Part shown: piece after piece, positions 15,145 to 24,807 of the stretch | Position numbering within the stretch: the first letter of the stretch is position 1 | Layout of the letters: every line of letters begins with the position of its first letter | DNA from: a virus | Taxonomy: Duplodnaviria > Caudoviricetes | Virus record (IMG/VR): IMGVR_UViG_3300042244_000017 | Coordinates: 1-36,671 of that record | Reading direction: 5' to 3' (one strand) | Length of the DNA stretch: 36,671 nt | Made by a program: the position numbers and the translations under genes | The notes under the pieces: generated by a model | Database searches by the model: none | What the model was told of the DNA's origin: nothing | What the model saw: the letters and a program-made list of their open reading frames with translations, nothing else

Positions 15145-18100
15145 ATGGCGAAGCGCGATGTTCAGCTTGTCATCCGGGCACGCAATGAAGCCGCTCGTGC
15201 CATCGACTCCATTTCAGCCGCACTTCGCGCACTCACAAGCGCGCAGGATGACGTTGCAAGTTCGAGTGAGCGCACTGGCGGCTCTTTGCAAAATCTCGCA
15301 GGGGCATTCTCAGCGATCGATGGCGCGATGGCTAAGATCGAGCAATCGGTCTCAGCGTCGCAGCGTTCTCTTGCTTCACAGGAAACCTCCCTCGCCGAGA
15401 ATCAGGCGCGCTACACCTCTCTGACGGCGCAGATCGAAGCCGCCCGGAACGCAATTGCCAATGCCGCAATCGCCTTCAAGAACGACGGCAGCGCCGAAAT
15501 GGGCGCACGCCTGGCCGGTGCCCAGGCGGCTTACCGCGAACTTGTCGCCGAAGCCGGTCGTCTTGAAACGAAACTAACTGCTCAGCGGGCCGACGTTATT
15601 GCGGCTGGCGACGCATTTCAGGGCTTGCAGAATGCAGCCACCGCCGCGCAGATCGCGATCGGCGAAATGGGCGACGCGGGCGAGCGAGAGGGTCTGCGAA
15701 CCGCAGCCGCCGCTCGTGAGGCCGAGCGTGCCCTGATCGCGCAGAAGGAAGCGGCACAGGCAGCAAATCTCGCGGCAGCAGCGGCTGCCCGCGAGGAGGT
15801 TGCACAGCGGCGCGCGCAGGCTGCCTTCAATCAACAACTCGGGGTCCCCTCAGCGGACGCTCCTGATAATACAGCTTCTCGTCGGGCAGGTATCATTGCG
15901 GCCTTCGAAGAGGAAGCTGAGGCCAAACGTAAATCGGCCCAAGCGTCAAAAGAAGCCGCAGCGGCGAACGACCAACTTGACGCCGCTGCGGCGCGCTTGC
16001 TCGCCCGCGCTCGCCCTTTGGCCGTCGCGCAGGATCGCATCAACGCCGAGATGAAGGAAGCCCGCGACCTCTACAACGCTGGCAAGATCAACATCCGCAC
16101 GCTCGCGGCGGAACTTGAGCGCCTCGAAGGCAAGTTGAAGCGGGTCGATGCGGCTCAGCAATCGGTCAATCGTAACGGCTCGGCAGAGATCAAAGGCATT
16201 CTTGGTCTGCGGCCCTTCGAGATGCAAAACCTCTCGTTCCAAATCAACGACGTGGTTTCGGGTCTAGCCAGCGGGCAACCGCCGATGCAGGTGTTTGCTC
16301 AGCAGGCAGGTCAGATTGTCCAAATCTTCCCGCAGTTCCTCAATTTCATTCTCAAGTATGCGAAGGGTTTGGGCCTTGTCGCGATTGCTATCACGCCTGT
16401 CATCATTGGGATGTCACGGCTCGCAGAAGTTGCAAAATTGCAGCGCGACTTCGATGCAAATCTGCGCCTCTCGGCTGACGGGGCGCGAAACAACACCGAA
16501 GCCCTGATCGCCAACGTCGAAGCACTTGATGACTACGGGGCCAGTTTTGAGGACGCAACAGAGGCGGTAAAGACCTTTCTTGCTGAATCAATCCGGCCTG
16601 AATTGATCGACGAGTTCGGGCAAGCCGCACAGAACCTCGCCGACATTACCGGCAAGGACCTCACGGAAGCCGCCGCCGATGTCGCCAAGGCTTTCAGTGG
16701 CGGCTATGACGAGATAGCAGCCTTCGACGATCAGATAAACTTCCTCACGCTGTCTGAGCGTGAGCAGATCAGGGCAATGTTCGAAAGCGGGCAGGAGAGC
16801 GACGCGCGGGCGCTGGCCTTTGCACGTTTCTTCGACAAGGCTGAGCAGGGCGCGCGCGAAACTGAAACGTCATGGTCGCGGATGACCAAGGCGATGGGTA
16901 ACGCCTGGTCGGATTTTGCCGACTTCCTCTCGACAAGCGATGCCATGGGCGGTCTCCGCCGTGAAATGGACAACGCGGCAGTTGGTGCCACGTTCCTCAT
17001 CAACCGGCTGCGTGGCTTGAGTGTTGAAGCAGCCGCCCTCAACGCACTCGGGCGCGATGAAGCAGCGAAAAGGGCCGCGAATCGTCAAGGTCTCGGTGCG
17101 ATCGATCTTGTTGAACGGGCCACCAACACCGGCACGTCCGACCTTATCGATCCGCTCGACACCGAAAGTGCTCGCCAGCAGAAGTTGGAGAGCGACCGTA
17201 AGTTCGAGGAAGAGCAGAAGAAGCGTAACCGCAAACCCCGTAGTGGTGGGGGGAAGAGCCTCGCCGAATTGCAGGCCGATTTCAATCTCGAAATCGAGCG
17301 CACCAATCGCAATCGGGAAATTCAGGCCGATTTCACTTCACGCACCAACGTCTTGATCGGTCGTTCGCTGCTCCTTGAACAGCGTCGCCAAAAGATCGCC
17401 GCGGCAATTCGGGCAGCCGAAGAGCAGGCGACCAAGGATGCTAAACGTCGCCTCACTTTGAGCGAAGAACAAAAGCAGGAGATTGCCCGCACGGTCGGCC
17501 TCGAATTTGACGCGGCCAACGCCAAAGCGCTCGCTCAGGCTGACCAGCAGGCGATCGAGCGGGAGATCAACAATCTGATGGAACGGCGGCAGGCTCTTGT
17601 TGACAGCCTGCGGTTTCAGTCGCCCGGTTCCGCGGGCTTCAACACGTTGCAGGATTCCATCGGGGCGATCGAAAGTGAACTCGAAGCGGCCACCGAGAAG
17701 GGGATCGATTTCTGGTCTGCAATTGGCGGCGATCCTCAACAGATGGCACTCCTCGGCGTCAACGCTGATGAGGTTGGCGTCATCATCAGAGATTTGGAAA
17801 ACACCTTTGATTCAGTCCGCCAGCAAGGCTTGCAGACTGTTCGAGATAGCGCTGAGCGCGGTCTCGACGATCTACGGAATCAGCAACGGTTGCTGCTTGA
17901 ACAGATCAACACTGCGCAGGTTTCAGGCCAAGGCGGTCGGGCCGGTCTCCTGCAAGAGCAACTTGCCCAAGTCGAAATCCGTTTGGCCGAAGGCGCTCGC
18001 AAGGCTGTGGAGTTCTGGCGGTCGATCAAAGGCTCACCGGAAGACCTCGCCCTCATGGGTCTCACCCCCGACGCGGTGGACAACATCATCCTGGGGCTGG

Positions 18101-18741
18101 AAAATACGATCGCGCAGGCTGAGCAGCTTCGCACTCAATTTCTGGCTACCGGGCAGGCGTTGAATCAAGACCTCGCTGGCGGGGGAACGAATGCGATGGA
18201 GCAGTTCGCGCAGTCGATCGTCAACGGCGAAAACGTCCTCAATTCGTTCGCCCGAGCCTTCCTGCAATTTGCCGCGGACTTCCTGTTGCAAATCGCCCGG
18301 ATGATCGCGCAACAAGCTATCTTCAACGCGCTGTCCGGTGGTTCTGCTGGCGGTGCAGGCGGCGCGGGCGGCGGCCTTTCGAGTATTATCGGTGGCCTCT
18401 TCCACGGAGGCGGTGTTGTCAGCGGGAAGGGCGGGCGCGGGCGCGCTGTCAGTGCTTCGGTTTTCAGCAACGCCACCCGTTATCACAATGGGGGTTTTGC
18501 TGGTTTCAAGTCGAACGAAGTTCCTGCGATCCTCGAACGGGGTGAGGAAGTTCTAACCCGCAGCGACCCGAGGCACGCCAACAATGGCGGCGGAAAGGGC
18601 GGCGGTGGTGTGTCGCAGGTTCTGGCTATCGGTGAAGAGCAGATTGCGCGCGCAATTGCGGGCATGGCTGGCCGCGAAGTGGTGCTGACCCATATTCGGC
18701 AGGATCGCGCGACGATCCGCAAAGAACTTGGAATCGACTGA
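15145..18741 (+). CDS. Tail tape measure protein
   Basis: 1198 aa, Ala-rich coiled coil, 'FQINDVVSGLASGQPPMQVFAQQAGQ', C-terminal 'FHGGG...EVPAILERGEEVL'. Confidence 0.95.
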   Translation: MAKRDVQLVIRARNEAARAIDSISAALRALTSAQDDVASSSERTGGSLQNLAGAFSAIDGAMAKIEQSVSASQRSLASQETSLAENQARYTSLTAQIEAARNAIANAAIAFKNDGSAEMGARLAGAQAAYRELVAEAGRLETKLTAQRADVIAAGDAFQGLQNAATAAQIAIGEMGDAGEREGLRTAAAAREAERALIAQKEAAQAANLAAAAAAREEVAQRRAQAAFNQQLGVPSADAPDNTASRRAGIIAAFEEEAEAKRKSAQASKEAAAANDQLDAAAARLLARARPLAVAQDRINAEMKEARDLYNAGKINIRTLAAELERLEGKLKRVDAAQQSVNRNGSAEIKGILGLRPFEMQNLSFQINDVVSGLASGQPPMQVFAQQAGQIVQIFPQFLNFILKYAKGLGLVAIAITPVIIGMSRLAEVAKLQRDFDANLRLSADGARNNTEALIANVEALDDYGASFEDATEAVKTFLAESIRPELIDEFGQAAQNLADITGKDLTEAAADVAKAFSGGYDEIAAFDDQINFLTLSEREQIRAMFESGQESDARALAFARFFDKAEQGARETETSWSRMTKAMGNAWSDFADFLSTSDAMGGLRREMDNAAVGATFLINRLRGLSVEAAALNALGRDEAAKRAANRQGLGAIDLVERATNTGTSDLIDPLDTESARQQKLESDRKFEEEQKKRNRKPRSGGGKSLAELQADFNLEIERTNRNREIQADFTSRTNVLIGRSLLLEQRRQKIAAAIRAAEEQATKDAKRRLTLSEEQKQEIARTVGLEFDAANAKALAQADQQAIEREINNLMERRQALVDSLRFQSPGSAGFNTLQDSIGAIESELEAATEKGIDFWSAIGGDPQQMALLGVNADEVGVIIRDLENTFDSVRQQGLQTVRDSAERGLDDLRNQQRLLLEQINTAQVSGQGGRAGLLQEQLAQVEIRLAEGARKAVEFWRSIKGSPEDLALMGLTPDAVDNIILGLENTIAQAEQLRTQFLATGQALNQDLAGGGTNAMEQFAQSIVNGENVLNSFARAFLQFAADFLLQIARMIAQQAIFNALSGGSAGGAGGAGGGLSSIIGGLFHGGGVVSGKGGRGRAVSASVFSNATRYHNGGFAGFKSNEVPAILERGEEVLTRSDPRHANNGGGKGGGGVSQVLAIGEEQIARAIAGMAGREVVLTHIRQDRATIRKELGID

Positions 18742-20459
18742 TGGCGCTCGATCACGAACTTCCTGTTTGGGGCGTGCGGCCCAACTGGTCCCAACCGATC
18801 ATCGAAACGCTGACGTGGTTGACCGAGGTTTTGCAGTCACAGAGCGGTGCCGAACAGCGTGTCGCTCTGCGTGTTGCTCCGCAGCGGATGTTCGAAGCGC
18901 GCTACAACCCGCACGAGCATGAGCGCACATTCATCGATCTGGTGATGCACCGGCTCTCCCGCAATGAGTGGATGATGCCGCTCTGGTTCGACCGCGCACT
19001 AATCACGGCTCCCGCTGTTGCCGGGTCGTCGCGTTTGGAACTCGTCACCGAACATCACGAGTTTCTGGCGGGCGGGATGGCATACCTTGTCGGGGATGAC
19101 ATCTTCTCGGGTGAAGCTGTGCAAATTGCCTCGGTGGACGCAACGGGCCTTAATCTCACCGTCCCGCTCAGCGCCGCGTGGTCTGCCGGGGCAGCCGTGC
19201 ATCCCATGCGCCGGGGCTGGTTCGAAGAGAGCAGCCATGTCCTTCTGACGAGCCGACTCGGCGAGAGTAATATCCGCTTCCATGTCATCGAAGGCAACGA
19301 CCTCACCGATGAAGGTGAATGGTCTGTCATGCACGACGGGACTCCCGTGCTCACCGAGACGCCTGACTGGTCGAACAATATCGAGATTGATCTGTCTTTC
19401 CTCGGGGACGAGTTCGATTCCATCACAGGCAAGAAGCGGATCACCGATACGGCTGGCCGCACGTTCCGCCAACAGCAGCACTCCTTCTTTCTTCATGGGG
19501 CGGCTGAGCAATTCGCTTTCCGACAAATGCTCTATCGCTTGCGCGGCCAGCAGAAGGGTATCTGGCTGCCGACGTTCGCCGACGACGTGCAGATTGCCGC
19601 ACCGGCCAATGTCGCCGCCACCTCGATCGACATCCGGCAGGTGGGCCTCACCTATATCGGCGGCCCGGTTGACGGTCGTGACCGTTTGTTTTTCGCTGAC
19701 GGTCAGATCGTGCCGATCACAGCGAGCGCCCTAGCAGCCGGTAACGACCGGCTGACCCTTGGGGCTGGCCTCGTAACGACCAAGCAGATCGGCGATAGGG
19801 CCAGTTTCATCGAGAAGGCGCGGCTTGCGCAGGATTCGGTCGAGATCGAGCACATCGGGGATATCGACGGCCTCGCCCGCAGCACGCTCAGCTTCCGGGC
19901 CTTTGCCGATCGCCGGGTGCCCGCTTCCGCCTCACAGCCGATCCCTGCGGCAGCGATGGTCGAAACGACTTGCGGCTCACCTGCAATTCAGAATGCTTGC
20001 ACAGATTACGTGCTACCGCCTGTGTTTGCTGGCTGGCATTACCGGACTATTCTTTCGATGCCAGGTAATATCGAAGTCCCCGACAGCGGAAGCGTGTTTA
20101 TGAGGTTGCACAACGGGGTTGTGGATAGCAGTGGTGGCACATTTCACCAGAACTCAGACGGGCAATATATTGTAGGGGGTGCAGCGAAGCAATATCACGT
20201 TTCTTCAAACTTGGAGACGGTAACTTGGTATGTCGGCGTTGATCTTGGCGACCCTCGTGAGTTGCTGATTGAAATGCAAAGACTCGGTGGTTTGACCAAC
20301 AGTGCCCAATTCCAAACTTGGAACGGGGGTGGAATTACGCTCATCACCAAAGAGGCTTCCGAGTTTATCAACCCTGGTAGCCTCAGCACTGGCGGTGCGG
20401 GCCAAACGTTCTGGCCCGCAACAGGGGGTTTCCCAAGCTTCCGTTACTTTACAGTTTAA
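18741..20459 (+). CDS. Distal tail/tail tip protein with variable C-terminal domain
   Basis: 'PNWSQPIIETLTWLT...GAEQRVALR' and an internal second copy 'PDWS...'; follows the tape measure gene. Confidence 0.75.
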   Translation: MALDHELPVWGVRPNWSQPIIETLTWLTEVLQSQSGAEQRVALRVAPQRMFEARYNPHEHERTFIDLVMHRLSRNEWMMPLWFDRALITAPAVAGSSRLELVTEHHEFLAGGMAYLVGDDIFSGEAVQIASVDATGLNLTVPLSAAWSAGAAVHPMRRGWFEESSHVLLTSRLGESNIRFHVIEGNDLTDEGEWSVMHDGTPVLTETPDWSNNIEIDLSFLGDEFDSITGKKRITDTAGRTFRQQQHSFFLHGAAEQFAFRQMLYRLRGQQKGIWLPTFADDVQIAAPANVAATSIDIRQVGLTYIGGPVDGRDRLFFADGQIVPITASALAAGNDRLTLGAGLVTTKQIGDRASFIEKARLAQDSVEIEHIGDIDGLARSTLSFRAFADRRVPASASQPIPAAAMVETTCGSPAIQNACTDYVLPPVFAGWHYRTILSMPGNIEVPDSGSVFMRLHNGVVDSSGGTFHQNSDGQYIVGGAAKQYHVSSNLETVTWYVGVDLGDPRELLIEMQRLGGLTNSAQFQTWNGGGITLITKEASEFINPGSLSTGGAGQTFWPATGGFPSFRYFTV

Positions 20460-20468
20460 GGAAAGCAG

Positions 20469-21308
20469 ATGTCTTTCGGCAATAGAGAGATTTCCAATCA
20501 GGACGGTCGCCCGATCCATTTCTATGAGTTTCGTTGGGGCAATAGTGCCTGGTTCTACAACTCGTCGGATCGCGATCTTGAATTGACGATCAACGGTAGC
20601 ACCGACACATATCTGGCGGTCCCAATCGCCGATGAAGGAACCACTACTGGCGGAGACAATCCGCCTGAATTGAAGATCAATCTTGCAGATAATCTTCCGG
20701 TGGTGGGACTGTTCCGCGCGACACCGCCGAGTGAGAATGTTCGCGTTGTCATCCTACGCAAGCACTTTGATGATCCCGAAGCGGTCGTGTTCTTCGCGGG
20801 CAAGGTGGCTAACGTCAAACGGGATGGCCGAGGCCGCGCGACGATCTTCTGCGCGATCGGCAAATTGCGCCGGGGCGGTTTGCGGCTCACCTGGTCGCGC
20901 ACTTGTCCCCACATCCTCTATGATGAGCAGTGCCGCGCGCCGCAGGAGAATTTCGCGCACACAGCCGAGGTCTCGGCTGTGACAGGTAACGGCTTCACTG
21001 TATCCGCTGAACCAGTGCGGGAAGGGGCGCCGCAGAGCAGTGTTGGGTATTTCGACGGCGGGATCGTCGCATGGGACGCGGACGGCAGCGGGACGATCGA
21101 ACAGCGCGCTATTGAGCGAGGGCCTTCTTCTACCGAGTTTCTGATCTTCGGACGTGCCGACGGGATCGAAGTCGGCCAGCAAATTGTCATGTATCCCGGC
21201 TGCGACCGCCTAACATCGACTTGCCAAGACAAATTCAATAATTTAGTGAACTATGGAGGCATTCCCCAAATGCCCGGTGAGTCCCCCTACGGGCAGAATC
21301 TCTTCTGA
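20469..21308 (+). CDS. Tail hub protein, DUF2163/BR0599 (gpL-like)
   Basis: 'CPHILYDEQC' and 'PGCDRLTSTCQDKFNNLVNYGGIP' Cys pattern. Confidence 0.88.
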   Translation: MSFGNREISNQDGRPIHFYEFRWGNSAWFYNSSDRDLELTINGSTDTYLAVPIADEGTTTGGDNPPELKINLADNLPVVGLFRATPPSENVRVVILRKHFDDPEAVVFFAGKVANVKRDGRGRATIFCAIGKLRRGGLRLTWSRTCPHILYDEQCRAPQENFAHTAEVSAVTGNGFTVSAEPVREGAPQSSVGYFDGGIVAWDADGSGTIEQRAIERGPSSTEFLIFGRADGIEVGQQIVMYPGCDRLTSTCQDKFNNLVNYGGIPQMPGESPYGQNLF

Positions 21309-21317
21309 GGATTTTTG

Positions 21318-21554
21318 ATGGCACTTCCCTTCCTTGTCAGTTTTGCTCTTTTTGTCGCGCACTTCGCGATATCGGCATTGCTCACACCAACGCAGAAACC
21401 GCAGCCAGCCTCGCTCGAAGATTTCGATTTCCCGCAGGTTGAGGAAGGCACGGAGCAGGCCGTTTTCTTCGGGGACTGTTGGACCGCTGGTTGGCAGGTG
21501 ATCTGGTTCGGGAACTTGCGGACAAAGAAGATTCGAAAAGGGGGCAAGAAGTGA
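21318..21554 (+). CDS. Small tail assembly protein
   Basis: Hydrophobic N-terminus, 'DFDFPQVEEGT..AVFFGDCW', ends 'KGGKK'; GAGGA SD. Confidence 0.75.
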   Translation: MALPFLVSFALFVAHFAISALLTPTQKPQPASLEDFDFPQVEEGTEQAVFFGDCWTAGWQVIWFGNLRTKKIRKGGKK

Positions 21555-21754
21555 GCGACCCCATTGTCCACATGAAGCACATCCGGGCGGCTAAATTGTG
21601 TGCAGGCGGCGCTCGTCGCTGGTTTCAGGCGCACGACCTCAACTGGTCAGACTTCCTCGAAAACGGAATCCCATCATCGATTCTAGGGCAGTGGGGCGAT
21701 CCGATGGCCGAGCGAGCGATTGCCGCAGCAAAGAAGGATGTGATCGATGGGTAA
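21551..21754 (+). CDS. Small tail assembly protein
   Basis: GTGA-coupled start; 'CAGGARRWFQAHDLNWSDFLENGI' is typical of Chi-like tail modules. Confidence 0.72.
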   Translation: MSDPIVHMKHIRAAKLCAGGARRWFQAHDLNWSDFLENGIPSSILGQWGDPMAERAIAAAKKDVIDG

Positions 21755-24056
21755 GGGCAAAGTTACCGTCGGTTTCCACTACCTGATGACCTTTGCCGCG
21801 GGTTTCGGTCGAGGCCCAATTGATGCCCTTCGCGAGATCGAGGTAGGGGAGAAGATCGCTTGGAGCGGGGCAGTCTGTGACGATTCCCCTAACTACATCA
21901 ACAGCCCTGATCTTTTCGGTGGCTCCGAGAAAGAGGGCGGTATCCAAGGCGGTTTTTTGCTTTTGCAGGGCGGTGAAGATCAGGTGCTACCTGGACCGAC
22001 TTTTGCAAGCGCTCCGTTCGTAGGGGGAGGTGTGGGATGGGGGGAGACCATCAAATCAGCCTCAACAGGCCCGGTCCCGTCCACCACTATCCCCGATATC
22101 AAGCAAGCGATGGGTGGGCTGAGCGGGGAGTGGCGCGGTTTTACCGCGATTCTCTTCGACGGCCTCGTTGCTTCAATGAATCCGTATCTCAAGGAATGGC
22201 GTTTCCGGGTTTGGCGTTCCCGCAAAGGGTGGCATAACGATCAATGCTGGTATCCAGCTAAGGCCACGATCTATCTCGCTGACGGCAATGTTCATGCGAT
22301 GAACCCGGCGCATATCATCTATCAGTGCTTGACCGACCCGAATTGGGGTAAGGGTGAGCCTACCGAGATGCTGGATGAGAACAGCTTTACCTATGCGGCC
22401 AACTTGCTTTGTGCTGAGGGTTTAGGGCTGTGTATCCCTTGGTATCGCCAAGAAGACGTGGATTCTTTTATTCAGGTTGTCGCCGATCATATCGGTGCCG
22501 TCATCTACCAAGACCGCAATACCGGGCGATACACGCTGCGGTTACTTCGCGACGACTATGATCCTGCGACGATCCCGCATTTCGATCTTGACACCGGACT
22601 GCTTGAGATTGAGGAGGATGACAGCGGTTCTTCGGAAGGTGTGAACGAAGTTGTCATCACAGGCTTCGACCCCCAAACACGGCAGGATTTTCAGGTCAGG
22701 GCGCAGAACATCGCGGCTTGGCGTGCGAGTGACGGCCCGGTTTCTCGGTCCATCGAGTTCAAGGGATTGGCAACGCGGGAACTCGGGGCGAGGGTCGCCC
22801 AACGAGAGTTGCGGCTGCTATCGGTAGGCCTAAAGAAGTTCCGGCTCAAATTCGACCGGCGCGCATGGCAACTTGCTCCCGGTTCCGTTTGCCGAATTTC
22901 CTCGGCGCAGAACAACATTTCGAACATGGTCGTCCGAATCGGAGAAATGAGCGAAGGCCCCTCCAACGGTCAACGCGCCATTACCGCGAAGGCTATGGAA
23001 GATGTTTTCGCACTTCCGGCGACCACTTTCACAGGCACGACCGAGAACCAGTGGATCAAACCATTTGGCGACCCGGAGCCTGCGGCAGCCGAGATTCTGA
23101 CCGAACTCAGTTATCGCGACCTTTACACTGCCGTCGGGCCAGGAGACCTCGGTTCCTTTGACGAAAGCGACGCGGCGGTCGGCGCAATGGCGATCCCGAC
23201 GGGAGGGAACTCTTACCTCTACGATCTGGCGACCGGCATTGTCGGGCAGAGTGACGCTATCCTCACAAAGAACCGCAGTTACTCGGGATCGGCAACTCTG
23301 GTCTCGGCGATTGGGCCGTTGGATACAGCATTCACGGTCGAACAACCTTTCGACTTCGATAGCGACAATATCGGACAGATGCTTTTGCTCGACGATGAGC
23401 ACGTCGAACTGGTCGCCTACGACCCTGAAACTTTCACGGGGACGATTGCCCGTGGCTGCGGTGATACGATCCCGGCACCGCACGCACCTGGTGCTCGGCT
23501 GTGGGCACTCGACGATGATCTTTCCGGTGACGGCCAAAACTACGTTGCTGGGGAAAGCGTCCGAGCCTCAGTTCTTCCGAGAAGTGGCGGCCTTGTTATC
23601 GACGGCACCCTTGTCGCAGAACTGACCATCGACCTGGTCGGACGGCACGCGCGCCCCTATCCGCCTGCCGATCTCAAAATCGACGGTGTTTCGGTTTTTG
23701 AGCACGTCGGAGAGCACCCGGAACCCGTCTTCACATGGGCGCACCGCGACCGCGTGATGCAGGAAGATCAGTTGGTTTCGCACACCGATCCTTCGATCGG
23801 CCCCGAGCCTGGGACGACCTACACGTTTCGCATCTATACTCTTGCTGGTGTTCTGCTCCGCACCGAGTCAGGGATCGCAGCAGCGACGTGGACCTATACG
23901 TCGGCCATGCAGGTTGCGGATAGCGTTCCTTCGGTCGTTCGGGTCGAGGTTGAATCGGCGCGCGGCACTCTTGCCTCATACCAGCGGTATTCGTTCAACG
24001 TGATTCTCAACAGCGGCTACGGTTTTGGCTACGGCTTCAACTACGGCGGGGCCTGA
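21747..24056 (+). CDS. Tail tip/central fibre attachment protein (gpJ-like)
   Basis: 'MNPYLKEW', 'MNPAHIIYQCLTDPNWG', 'RGCGDTIP'; ends with GYGFGYGFNYGG. Confidence 0.85.
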   Translation: MGKGKVTVGFHYLMTFAAGFGRGPIDALREIEVGEKIAWSGAVCDDSPNYINSPDLFGGSEKEGGIQGGFLLLQGGEDQVLPGPTFASAPFVGGGVGWGETIKSASTGPVPSTTIPDIKQAMGGLSGEWRGFTAILFDGLVASMNPYLKEWRFRVWRSRKGWHNDQCWYPAKATIYLADGNVHAMNPAHIIYQCLTDPNWGKGEPTEMLDENSFTYAANLLCAEGLGLCIPWYRQEDVDSFIQVVADHIGAVIYQDRNTGRYTLRLLRDDYDPATIPHFDLDTGLLEIEEDDSGSSEGVNEVVITGFDPQTRQDFQVRAQNIAAWRASDGPVSRSIEFKGLATRELGARVAQRELRLLSVGLKKFRLKFDRRAWQLAPGSVCRISSAQNNISNMVVRIGEMSEGPSNGQRAITAKAMEDVFALPATTFTGTTENQWIKPFGDPEPAAAEILTELSYRDLYTAVGPGDLGSFDESDAAVGAMAIPTGGNSYLYDLATGIVGQSDAILTKNRSYSGSATLVSAIGPLDTAFTVEQPFDFDSDNIGQMLLLDDEHVELVAYDPETFTGTIARGCGDTIPAPHAPGARLWALDDDLSGDGQNYVAGESVRASVLPRSGGLVIDGTLVAELTIDLVGRHARPYPPADLKIDGVSVFEHVGEHPEPVFTWAHRDRVMQEDQLVSHTDPSIGPEPGTTYTFRIYTLAGVLLRTESGIAAATWTYTSAMQVADSVPSVVRVEVESARGTLASYQRYSFNVILNSGYGFGYGFNYGGA

Positions 24057-24103
24057 CATTCTCAGGTAATTATCATTGAACCGCACCGCCTATTGGTGCA
24101 AAG

Positions 24104-24118
24104 TCAACTTTAAGATGA
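24104..24118. promoter_or_regulatory. 15-bp operator-like motif
   Basis: TCAACTTTAAGATGA upstream of the DUF2793 gene. Confidence 0.65.
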
Positions 24119-24135
24119 AATAGAAGGTCTGCACC

Positions 24136-24807
24136 ATGCCAGCACGTTCATTGCCCAATCTCGCGCTACAAGCCTTCTTCGATCTTGGAGAAGACGGGTG
24201 GAAGGACGAGATGGACCTCAACCTTCTCAAGCTGTCGGTGCTCACTCAGGGCGGTGTGATCGCCAAGGTCGCCGCCGACCCCGGCGTGCCTGTGAACGGG
24301 GATGTCTATATTTTCGACGAGACGCACCCTTCCAATGCCAACGCGGTTGCGATCCGCGATAACGGTGCTTGGGTTTACGTGACGCCCGCCGAAGGCTGGC
24401 TGATTTACGACCGGACTGCCGGGGTTTTTCTGACCTTCTCGGGCGCAATGTGGGGGGAACTGCCAACGGGCGGGGGCGGTGCAGCAGGCCCCGCGCCTGT
24501 GATTACCAAGGCGGGCGCCGCCGAGAATTTGCTCAACGCAGATCAGGGCGCTTACGCACGTCACACAGCGGCAGGGGCCAAGACCCTCACCGTTCGGCCC
24601 GAAGCGACTGAGGCATTGACCGTGGATGGGGAATGGAACATCCGCAACGCTGCGGGGGACGGGAACCTTACCATCGTGGCCGGAAGCGGGGTTATTGTGA
24701 ACCCGCCCGCAAGCGGCTCTCTTGTCATTCCGCCCGGTGGCACCGCAACCTTGAAGCGGGTGGCAACTGATGTGTTGGACCTGTTCGGTCAAGTGGTGGC
24801 CGCATGA
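24136..24807 (+). CDS. DUF2793-like tail fibre/adaptor protein
   Basis: 'PNLAL...MDLNLLKL...P.NGDVYI...WVYVTPAEGW' N-terminal domain, Gly linker, beta-rich C-terminal domain. Confidence 0.75.
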   Translation: MPARSLPNLALQAFFDLGEDGWKDEMDLNLLKLSVLTQGGVIAKVAADPGVPVNGDVYIFDETHPSNANAVAIRDNGAWVYVTPAEGWLIYDRTAGVFLTFSGAMWGELPTGGGGAAGPAPVITKAGAAENLLNADQGAYARHTAAGAKTLTVRPEATEALTVDGEWNIRNAAGDGNLTIVAGSGVIVNPPASGSLVIPPGGTATLKRVATDVLDLFGQVVAA

